From NCBI GenBank assembly GCA_963737905.1, contig CAVTUQ010000026.1:96001-160000 (forward strand): a stretch of 64,000 bases of DNA. The letters run 5' to 3'. The notes beneath the pieces were generated by a model, which was not told the DNA's origin, did no database searches, and saw nothing but the letters and a program-made list of their open reading frames with translations. Shown here piece by piece: positions 29,880-39,343 of this stretch. A program made the position numbers and the translations under genes. The stretch's first letter is position 1. Each line of letters begins with the position of its first letter. Origin of the DNA: an uncultured delta proteobacterium. GTDB lineage: Bacteria; Desulfobacterota; Binatia; UBA9968.

Positions 29880-31451
29880 ATGAACAAAAGCACAGTCGCC
29901 ATTGTTGGCTCAGGAATTGTTGGAGCGGCTATGGCGTACGTCTTGACTAAGAAAGGATATCGTGTCGATATCTTCGAAAAAGGTCCCGAGTATCCCTACC
30001 CGCACACCAAGCAATTTACCGAGCGAATACGTTTCCGGTACAAAAACCCCATTTACACTCTTGCCGAAGAGCTAAATCAAGTGATGGTTTCCGGTGACTA
30101 CCGATGGAAACCTGAGGACGAACGTCACCTGGTAGTTGGAGGCTCCGCGACTCAATGGAACGCTATCACCCTTCGAATGGGTCCCAATGACTTCAAGACG
30201 AAAAGTCTATACGGTTACGGTGCGGACTGGCCGCTGGGGTACGCGGACTTGGAACCGTACTATTGTCAGGCTGAAGCATACCTGGGAGTCTCAGGCACCG
30301 ACCTTGATAATCCGTTTGCTCCGCCGCGATCCAAACCCTTTCCCTTACCACCGTTTGATCTCAGCTATGACGATAAAATCATGGCTGAAAGACTCCACAA
30401 GCATGGCCTGGTTCTCCATACGACACCACAGGCAAGGACACGCCTTGCTTACGAAGAGCGACCGGGATGTCAGAATTTTGGGGTTTGTAATGTCTGTCCG
30501 ATCGGTGTTCGCTATTCCCCTAACTATCATCTCCTTCGTGCGATTGGGACGGGTCTCTGTCAAGTACATGAAAACACGTCGGTGCGAAGAATCATGATGG
30601 ACAAGTCCGGACGAGCCAAAACCTTGGTCTACCAAAGCCATGACGCGGCGAAGGAAAGAGAACACGCGGCGGATGTGATTGTAGTGGCCGCCGGCACTAT
30701 CGAGTCTGTCCGTTTGCTGCTTCTTTCGGCAGACAGCGGTCATCCTGGCGGATTGGGGAATGATGGAGGCCAGGTCGGAAAACATTTCACGTTCCACCAT
30801 ATTTGGTCCGGCGCGTATCACTACCCGTCGCCGTTGCGTCCAGAAGTAATTGGCGGCCCTACCGGGCAGAGTCATCAGTTTTTCAACCATTCAAGCCGTG
30901 GCAAGCAGGGTGCAGTCAAGATCGAATTTGGTTCACGTAGCGGATCTGATCTCGTCAATCAGGGGGAGGTGACGAAGTGGGGTACTGTCTCCGAAATTAT
31001 CGAACAATTGAAACCAAGACTTCATTGGCGTCTCATTCTATTTCATAACGAGTCCGTTCCGAGCCCGGAAAAATATATCGGATTATCTGAAGAGCGGGAC
31101 CGGTTCGGAGACCGCTATGCGAACGTTCACTACAGCGCCTCTGAGTTTGACCATGAGACCCATCTTTTCGCGCTCAAATTATTCGATTCCTTTGCAGAAG
31201 CAACGGGCAGTGACGACAAGGTCATATCCCCCGTTTTTTGGTCCGGGGGTCACCACATGGGCGGCTGTCGTATGGGGCAGATGATTGGGGAGAGTGTTGT
31301 AGACTCATTTGGCAAGCTCCACGGAAGTCCCAACCTGTTCGTTGTTGGGGGTAGCAACTTTGTCGGTACTTCGGGGGCCGTCAATCCTACGCTAACCATG
31401 GTAGCACTGGCACTTCGGACGGCAGACTTTATCGGCGATCAGTTCTCCTAG
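29880..31451 (+). CDS. GMC family oxidoreductase
   Basis: IVGSGIVG, VGGSATQW, CQNFGVCNVCP, HHMGGCRMG and NPTLTMVALALR motifs. Confidence 0.93.
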   Translation: MNKSTVAIVGSGIVGAAMAYVLTKKGYRVDIFEKGPEYPYPHTKQFTERIRFRYKNPIYTLAEELNQVMVSGDYRWKPEDERHLVVGGSATQWNAITLRMGPNDFKTKSLYGYGADWPLGYADLEPYYCQAEAYLGVSGTDLDNPFAPPRSKPFPLPPFDLSYDDKIMAERLHKHGLVLHTTPQARTRLAYEERPGCQNFGVCNVCPIGVRYSPNYHLLRAIGTGLCQVHENTSVRRIMMDKSGRAKTLVYQSHDAAKEREHAADVIVVAAGTIESVRLLLLSADSGHPGGLGNDGGQVGKHFTFHHIWSGAYHYPSPLRPEVIGGPTGQSHQFFNHSSRGKQGAVKIEFGSRSGSDLVNQGEVTKWGTVSEIIEQLKPRLHWRLILFHNESVPSPEKYIGLSEERDRFGDRYANVHYSASEFDHETHLFALKLFDSFAEATGSDDKVISPVFWSGGHHMGGCRMGQMIGESVVDSFGKLHGSPNLFVVGGSNFVGTSGAVNPTLTMVALALRTADFIGDQFS

Positions 31452-31526
31452 CCTTTTACGTCCGATTCCCAACGCGATTGGTGGAGGAATTGATGGCGTG
31501 ATTCTCCAGCATCAAAGGAGCGAAAA

Positions 31527-32567
31527 ATGAAAACGATTTTCTTCGTGGGGCTTGTCTATATTGGACTTGGCGCTGAGGTCGTGTTGTCCCAGGTCCCCTT
31601 TTATCAAGACAAAACGATTTCCGTTGTTTTGGGCGGCCCTCCTGGAGGGTCCGCGGACATGCGGACAAGAGCGGTCACCACACTCTTGCGTAAACATATT
31701 CCCGGAAATCCCACCATCATCGTCCAATATATGGCAGCCGGGGGAGGGCGGCAGGCTGCCAACCATGTTTATCGAGGAGCGCGGCCGGATGGCCTTACGA
31801 TTGGCAGCATGGGAGCGGCCCTGGTCGCCAACGCGGTGCTCGGTGTAACCGGTGTTCAATACGACATCGACAAGTTTCTCTATCTTGGTACGCCGGACAG
31901 CGCGCAGCACTATATTTTTATAACCAATCGGAAGGCCGGCCTGACCAGTTTGGAGAAGTTACGCTCAACGCCCGGCGTACGGATCGGATCTCAATCCGTA
32001 GGGCATCCGGTTTACATCGTCGGCCGGCTATTCGCGTATTACCTGGGTCTCAAAGAGACAAGATTCGTTACCGGATACACCGGTCCGGAAATCGATGTCG
32101 CTCTGATGGCAGGAGAAATAGACGCAAGAGCGGGCACCGGAGAAACGATCATCCTCCGATCGCCCGAGTGGCTTGAAAAAGGACTCGTGGACGTTCACGC
32201 CGGCATCGAAATTCCCATCGGACAGAAACATCCGCGCTTTGCCCAATTACCGGAGCTGGAGAGCTTTGCCGGATCGACAAGAGAAAAAAGATTGCTCGGC
32301 ATGTTCCGCGCCTTCAGGCTCTCCGGCCAGAGCTTTTTTTTGCCCCCGGAAACTCCGAGAGAACGGGTGCAGATTCTGCGCGAAGCGATGCGGAAGACTC
32401 TCGCCGATCCTGAATTCTCCAAGGAGTTTCACAAACTCACGGGAGACGATCCGACCCCTTTAATGCCGGAAGCCCTCGAAAAAGCCATCAGAGAAATGCC
32501 CCGCGACCCAGATGTCGTTGAGCTGTTTAATAAGCTGGCCGGCCCCGAGCCTCTGCCGCCGCGGTAA
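31527..32567 (+). CDS. Bug/TctC substrate-binding protein
   Basis: GGPPGGSAD, HIPGNPTIIVQYM and RPDGLTIG motifs. Confidence 0.9.
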   Translation: MKTIFFVGLVYIGLGAEVVLSQVPFYQDKTISVVLGGPPGGSADMRTRAVTTLLRKHIPGNPTIIVQYMAAGGGRQAANHVYRGARPDGLTIGSMGAALVANAVLGVTGVQYDIDKFLYLGTPDSAQHYIFITNRKAGLTSLEKLRSTPGVRIGSQSVGHPVYIVGRLFAYYLGLKETRFVTGYTGPEIDVALMAGEIDARAGTGETIILRSPEWLEKGLVDVHAGIEIPIGQKHPRFAQLPELESFAGSTREKRLLGMFRAFRLSGQSFFLPPETPRERVQILREAMRKTLADPEFSKEFHKLTGDDPTPLMPEALEKAIREMPRDPDVVELFNKLAGPEPLPPR

Positions 32568-32596
32568 CGTTCGGAGGGATGCTGCAGACTCCGCAA

Positions 32597-32929
32597 TTAT
32601 AGGCCTTCGATAGCCTCGTCGCGTGATCCGTAAATGGAAAGAATAGAGGAAAAGCCGGCCAGGTCGAACACCTGCCGAACGTGTTCTTGCAGGCCACACA
32701 AGACAATCTTTCCGTCCGCGGCCTGTAGTCGCTTGGCGGCGAGAAGAAAGACGCGAAGGCCCGAGCTGCTGACATACTCCAACTGGGCAAGATCGACAAC
32801 GAGCCGCTGGCCTCCTGAGTTGATCAGTCCGAGAATTTTATCCTCAAACGTTTTTGCTGTCGTAGCATCGAGTTTCCCCGACAACGCCAATACCACAGCG
32901 TCAGCTTTTCTATCTTCGCTAATGTCCAT
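32597..32929 (-). CDS. STAS anti-sigma factor antagonist (RsbV/SpoIIAA-like)
   Basis: LSGKLDATTA and VDLAQLEYVSSSGLRVFL, with the phospho-acceptor Ser. Confidence 0.95.
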   Translation of the reverse strand: MDISEDRKADAVVLALSGKLDATTAKTFEDKILGLINSGGQRLVVDLAQLEYVSSSGLRVFLLAAKRLQAADGKIVLCGLQEHVRQVFDLAGFSSILSIYGSRDEAIEGL

Positions 32930-33001
32930 GATCTGATGACTCCTACGGCGGAAAATCATTTATCTCCACGATCAGCACCATGGCTTTATGCTCACGCATT
33001 T

Positions 33002-34742
33002 TCATACTGCCTGAAGCGCCGCCAGTCTTATGAGGAATTCAGCGTTGCCGTCTGGTTGGCGGCACTCGAAACCGCCGCCGAGCCACCCGAGGGTTCTGTT
33101 ATAGAGATCGAGCCGGCGCTTGCCAAAAGCAGCCGGATCCATCCGCTCCCGGCTTGAAAGGCGGATGTCCACGTGGCCCGATGACACTCGGTGGCAATTC
33201 TGATGTGCTTCACGCCAATACCGGCCATTCCTTCGATCAAGTTGGTCAGGATATCGTCGAGTCGTTCCGCTCCGACGTTTGCGTTGGTCTGTTGTGCGGT
33301 CGGGCGCAAATTCAAACTCGATATCGCGTAGCGGCGAATGCGCTGCCAACCGGCGCGTGAGGGCCTCGCAAAAAAGATTGGTCATCCTCCACCGCTTCCA
33401 TCAGATCAATTGGATTCCATCACCGTAGTTTCCTTGGTCCGTTTCAGGAGCTCCGCAATCAATTCGTTTACGGCTCCCGGTTGTCTCTGCCTGGAGAAAT
33501 TGAAGACCGCGCACCACGCTCAAGAAGTCCGCCAGTCGTCGCTGGGCCCGATCCAACCAGCGAGAAATCCAGAAGTTGCTGAACATGCTCTGCGGAGAGG
33601 AAGTTGTTGCAGTGACCTGGCGACCTGAACGCCCTTTGAGCACCACGGTCAGTTCGGGTATGGCGCTGGATATTGAACGATTCCACGATGCGGCGAAAGT
33701 CCGAGAGGATGCGGTCGATCTGGTCGATATCCAGGGTCGTGAGAACCCGACTTGCCGCGCTGTCCTTCCTCCAGCAGGGACAGATAGTACGACACCGTGT
33801 ACAGGCGCCCGGAAAAGATCGTAAACAGCGCCGCGGTTTCTTCCAGCAGTTCATCAACGTAGATCTTGAGACGCGCCAATGCGCTCGGCGTCCATGAGTG
33901 GTACGTCGGTCAGATTGGAAGCTTCGGCCTCCATCAACCGGAGCTTCTCCCGCATGCTTTGCGCCGAAACGCAGTAACCGTGCCCGGGGCAACACACGGT
34001 AATGACGGGCGTTTCCAGGAGCCAATCCACATTGTGTGAGCGTTTGCAGAAGATCTGCGTGGTTCCAGCCGTCAAGGCCACACAGCCCAGGGTTCGCCGC
34101 AAAGGGCAAATCACCAAGTATAAGAAACGATCCGACTCGTAACGATATGCTGCAAGGGGAATGGCCGGGAGTGTGATAGATCTCGAGCCGATTGCCGGCA
34201 CCGAGAGGAAGCCATTGGCGTTGCAGCGTTGCGCCATCGGGCATCGCGATCGGCTCAGTGTACAGTTCGATCCGTCCGCCGTCGGCCAATTCGAGTGCGA
34301 GCGGTTCAGACGCCGGGCTTGAGGCGAATAGGATTCCCTCGAATCGCGCAGTGCATATTTCGGGGTTCCATGGGTAGAGATAAGCAACCGTCAGGTTGCG
34401 GTCACGGTGTTTCAGCGCCTCAACTCCCGCCTGGTGTGCGAAACGCTTGATTTCCATACCTGCCGGAAGTTCAAGACTACCCGCCTCCTGTGAGTGGTCT
34501 TGATGGCAATGAGTGAGAAACACGAGGATAGGGCGCCGCGACACCGCCAGGGCGTCGGTTAAAATTCGGCTTATCTGCCGCGTCTGCTCGGCGCTGGCAC
34601 CCGGGTCGACGACTACAAGCGCGTCGGGCGCGGAAAAAATGTAACAATTCGAGGAAACGCAGTTGGCCTTAGGTATGATCGGGAAGATTTCGACGGACGG
34701 GGTGCCAGGAACTTTCTGCCAGACGTTGGCTTCGATCTTCAT
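33002..34742 (-). CDS. MBL-fold metallo-hydrolase with helical region and degenerate HATPase-like C-terminus, several frameshifts
   Basis: THCHQDHS, HTPGHS, LGD and CPGHG motifs. ORF pieces 33854, 33649, 33401, 33028 and 33002 tile into one protein ending ...WLGGGFECRQPDGNAEFLIRL. Confidence 0.78.
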
Positions 34743-34789
34743 ACTGTCTCACGCGCACCCGCAGGCGCTCCTCCGCCGGGGATGCGCCA

Positions 34790-35104
34790 TCAAGTCTTGA
34801 TATCAATGAATGATGTAAAGCCGGCAAGATTCAATACGTTATAGATATGAAGTGGGACGTTTACAAGTCTCAGGCGCTCGCCGCGTTTTTGCAGCGCCTT
34901 CGCAGCCAGCAGTAAAACACGCAGGCCGGCGCTGCTCATATACGAAACTTCCGCCAGATCGAGCTCTACAGCTCCGGTGGGAGATTCAGCCGCGAGCAAC
35001 AAAGGTTCCTGGAGCTGCAGAGCCGTATCGCTGTCCACTGGCCCCGCGGCATGCAGAACGACCGCCGATTCCAAACGCCGCACCGTGATTTCCAGTTCCT
35101 TCAT
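34790..35104 (-). CDS. STAS anti-sigma factor antagonist
   Basis: GPVDSDTA and LDLAEVSYMSSAGLRVLL motifs. Confidence 0.95.
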   Translation of the reverse strand: MKELEITVRRLESAVVLHAAGPVDSDTALQLQEPLLLAAESPTGAVELDLAEVSYMSSAGLRVLLLAAKALQKRGERLRLVNVPLHIYNVLNLAGFTSFIDIKT

Positions 35105-35331
35105 ATCGTGACTCTTTTGATTATAAAACTTCGCTTCTTGAAGGATAGACTTAAGAAGATCCAGAAACTCCTTTTAGTCGCATTCGATAGCCCGCGATTC
35201 GAATTGCTCAGAGATCGAACCTAAAATAGCCTCTCCTTTGCGGCGGAAAGTACGCCGGCAAAACGGTGTCTGTCAAGTTGAAGACTCCGTTTTCGCACAC
35301 GCTCCGTTGGGGGCTAATTAAGCCGCTTGAG

Positions 35332-36659
35332 TTATGCAAGCTTATTATGAGCTTGATCTCCAGTCCTTCTCTCATCTTTTGTCGTCCCAAAATAAAGCAA
35401 CGCCAGAACCGTGATATCATCCGACTGCGGTGCTGCGCCAGCAAAGTGCCTCACGTCGCTGACCAGGTCGCCGATGATTTGGCGCGGAGAAGAGCTGCGA
35501 TTGCTCGCCAGGAACTGCTCGAGCCGCTGATCGGAGTACAGCGTCTCCCTCGAATCCATCGCCTCGGTGACCCCGTCGGTGTAAAGCAGCAGAGCTTCGC
35601 CAGGGCTCGAGAACCATCCGTCCGGATATGTAGAGCACTCTGTTCCACCAGCCCCAAGAGCTCTTCCGCCGGCGTTTTCCAACGGACTAACGCCGTCGCG
35701 GTGAAGGTAATAGGGCAGATTGTGGCCGCCGTTACTATAATCGACCTGACCCGTGCGGATATTCAAGATGCCGCAAAAAAAGGTCACGAACATACAGGAC
35801 TCGTTATCGCGACAGATCTCGGTATTCAAGCGCGCGAGGATTTCACCCGGAGTGCCGCCGTTCCCGGCGGTGGCTTTGAACAGGGTCTTGGTGACGGCCA
35901 TAAAGAGCGACGCGGGGACTCCCTTGCCGGAGACATCGCCGACGGCAAAGCATAGGTGATCGTCATCGATAAAGAAGAAATCGTAAAAATCCCCTCCCAC
36001 TTCTTTCGCCGGCGCGATCGTGGCGAAAATCTCGAATTCGTGGCGCTTCGGGAAAGGGAGGAAAAATCTTCGGCAGCATGCTCATCTGAATGTCGTGCGC
36101 GAGCTTTAGCGCCTCCTCCATTCTCTCCTTCTCGACATAGGCTTCGATTAAACGGGCCCGCTCGAGCGCCACTGTTATATGAGCACTCAACCCGCCCAAA
36201 AGCGACTCATCAGCTTCATCAAACACTTCTTGGTCTTTCTTGTTCAGCACCTGAATGACGCCGATCAGCCTATCCCCATTGCCGATCAGGGGCAAACAGA
36301 GAATGGAACGCGTGCGGTAGCCGGTCTCCTTGTCGAAATCTGGATCAAACCTGGCATCGGCGTAGGTGTCAGGAATGTTGATCAGTGTACGGGTCTTGGC
36401 CACGGTGTCCGGCAATGCCGACCCCGAGCGGAAGCCGAATTTCCTTTATCTCAAGTCTTTGTGTAGTCTTGCTCCATAGCTCGTCACGAGATTCGTCATA
36501 AAGGAAGAGTGTGGCGCGATCCGCGTCCATGACCTCGGCGGCAACCTTCACGATCACCTGCAACAGGTCATCCAGTCTAATTTCGCTAGCCAGCGCTTTC
36601 GAAACCCTCAAAAGGGCGTTGAGATTTCGCGTCTGACGTTCGCTATCGCTGAATGCCAT
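35332..36659 (-). CDS. GAF + SpoIIE/PP2C phosphatase (RsbU/RsbP-like), frameshifted
   Basis: GAF: ADRATLFLYD and NIPDTYADARFDPDFDKETGYRTRSILCLP. PP2C: GGDFYD, GDVSGKG, YTDGVTEA, QSDDIT. Confidence 0.88.
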
Positions 36660-36841
36660 TGTGCTCCAATTCCAAGATTCTATGGGAGGTCAGATCTGCG
36701 CTATACGCAGCAAGTTTTTACGCAGGGCAAAGCCGCGATAAGAAATCAAGGAAACGTCCGTACCAAATGGTGATTGAAACGAACCCATCGAGAATGAGTC
36801 ATCCACAGAGCCAGGCTTGCTTTGCCTTTACTTCAAATTTT

Positions 36842-36898
36842 CTATTGCTCGTCTCTCGTTATATCAGCGTCAGCTTTTCTATCTTCACTAATGTCCAT
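36842..36898 (-). pseudogene. STAS gene stub, duplicate of the 5' end of 32597-32929
   Basis: MDISEDRKADA followed by unrelated sequence and a stop. The first 34 nt match the full STAS gene except for one base. Confidence 0.8.
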
Positions 36899-36901
36899 GA
36901 T

Positions 36902-39237
36902 CTAAGACTCCTCCGTCTTCTTTTTCATGGTCAGGAGATTTCTCTCTCCATGTCTCTGGTACTCCAAGCTATCCATGAGTTTGCGCACGAGATGGATGCC
37001 CAGTCCACCTATGGTCCTTTCCTCCAGGGGTTTTGTCGTGTCAGGCTCCGGCGCCTCCAGCGGATTGAAGGGTTGGCCGTCGTCTTCGCACTTCGACCCT
37101 AATCTCTGTCGGTTGCACGCTAAGGCTCACCTTAATTTCGTGTTCTCGGTTGTCCGTGTAACCATACGAGATGACGTTGGTGAGAATCTCTTCCAGGGCG
37201 AGATTGAGATCGTGCACAACCTTGGGGGACAGACCATGCCGCTGGCCGAATTCCGTCAATGCCCGATTAACAGTCTCGATCTCTGAAATTTTGTTATTGA
37301 GCTTGATCTCCAGTTCTTCCCTCATTTGCTCTGTCGTCCCAAAATACAGCATCCCAAGAGCCGTAATATCGTCCGACTGCGGCGCTGCGCCGGCAAAATG
37401 CCTTACGTCGCTGACTAGATCGCCGATGATTTGGCGCGGGGAAGAGCTGCGGTTGTTCGCCACGAACTGCGCGAGCCGCTGATCGGAATAAAGCGTCTCG
37501 CTTGAGTCCATCGCCTCGGTGACCCCATCGGTGTAAAGCAGCAGGGCTTCGCCAGGACCCGAGAACCATCCGCCCCGACGCGTAGGGACTTTGCTCCACC
37601 AGTCCCAGAGCTCTTCCGCCGAGGTTTTCCAGTGGTCTGACGCCGTCGTGCTGAAGATAATAAGGCAGATTGTGCCCACCGTTACTATAATCGACCTGAC
37701 CGGTGCGGATATTCAAGATGCCGCAAAAAAAGGTCACGAACATACAGGACTCGTTATCGCGACAGATGTCGGTGTTCAAGCGCGCGAGGATTTCACCCGG
37801 AGTGCGGCCGTTCCCGGCGGTCGCCCGGAACAGGGTCTTAGTGACGGCCATAAAGAGCGATGCCGGTACGCCCTTGCCGGAGACGTCGCCGATGGCAAAA
37901 CATAGATGATCGTCATCGATGAAGAAAAAATCGTAGAGATCCCCTCCCACTTCTTTAGCCGGCACCAAGGTGGCGAAAATATCAAACTCGCTCCGGTCCG
38001 GAAACGGCGGAAAGATCTTCGGCACCATGCTCATCTGGATTTCGTGGGCGATCTTCAACTCGCTTTCGATCCTTTCCTTCGCCGCGGTGGTTTCTTTGAG
38101 ATGTTCGATGGATTCGTTCAATCGCCGTGTCATCTCGTTGAACGAGCCGGCGAGGACGCCAATTTCATTCTTTGCTGGGATATCGATCCTTTGAGTGAAG
38201 TCACCACCCGCGATCCGGCGGGTCATCTCGGTCAAATCAGCAATCGGCCTGGAAATGGTCTTGGCGCCAAAAATGGCAATCACCGACCCGAGCAAAAGCA
38301 CGAGGCCGCTGACGGCCATCGCCAGCCGAGTCTGGTTGCGAATAGCGGCCTGCACGTGATCGGTAGGCAGAGTCACCAGGATCGCCCCGCCTTTTAGTTC
38401 GCCGCCTTCGTCGCCGATGGGAGCCACGACCTTCAGAAAAGATCTTTCCAAAAAACTTTCCGCCCGTCCTGTTTTGGCGAGGCGGATGATGTCTGCCAGC
38501 TCGCTCTCCGTAGGCTCGGGTAGCTTATCGTCTCGGACCCTCTCCGCATAATCCACGGTGATCATGCTCTTGTCGAGGACGCGGATCGCAATGACGCTTC
38601 CTTCGGACACCAGCTGGTTGACCAGACGCGTCAGCCCCATGCGCTGCCGCAGCTGTTGCAGCAGGGTGGCGTGATAGCCCACCTGGACAATGCGCGGCTT
38701 ATCCACCCCTGCCACCCCCACGTACTTGAAAACTTGTGTGTCTATTTCGCGCTGGCGCGCTTCCTGAACGACGCGTTTCGTTTTTCCCGTAAGCAGGGAC
38801 CAGAAAGCATGGGCTTGGGGTTGCTGTTTCGGGTCCGGGCTAAACGTGAAGTCGATTTCGGCGATGTTTCTCAGGTAAGCATGACCTTTCTCGTCGGTAA
38901 TCCAGATTTCGTCCATCACGGTATCGTCGGCGATTTGCTTGAGTCTCCGGTTGATCTCCTTCGGGCTGACTCCCGCCGCTTCCCCCATGGCCACGAGATG
39001 TGCAGCCATCGTCGCCTCCACCACCATCTGTTCGCCGATGGCCGCTTCCACATCGTTCATAACGCCGGCGCCGAAGGCCGCGCTACGGCTCAGTAACCGC
39101 GCGATAACGAGACCCTGGGCCTCGGTTTCAGCCAGCACCGCCTGTCGCGAGCTCCAGCCGAGAACGCCCGCCGTAGCGAGCACCGCAGCGACCAGCAGCA
39201 ACGTCACCATCAAGAGCGTTTGTGTTCTTATCGTCAC
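36902..39237 (-). CDS. Membrane sensor-HAMP-PP2C phosphatase fused to RsbW-type Ser/Thr kinase, frameshifts near 37570 and 37090
   Basis: Two TM helices around a Cache-like domain; HAMP (NEIGVLAGSFNEM); PP2C motifs; then LALEEILTNVISYG, EDDGQPFNP and GGLGIHLVRKLMD. Confidence 0.88.
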
Positions 39238-39343
39238 CTGTTTCTCCGTTCATTTTTTCCTGGACACGGGCGCACTCTTCACTGACCGATGAGGGTCTCA
39301 AAAACGCGCCGCGAGTCGTCGAGAACAAAGGTTCGAGATGTTT

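Noticed and set aside
33002-38000. Programmed frameshifting or wholesale pseudogenisation of the signalling cluster
   Set aside because: Single-base indels are scattered through unrelated genes too (6700, 10400, 16100, 25745) while motifs stay intact. Sequencing error is the simpler explanation; reads are needed to decide.
35345-38045. DGR template/variable repeat pair
   Set aside because: Both copies are coding PP2C domains, the differences are not adenine-specific, and there is no reverse transcriptase in the window.
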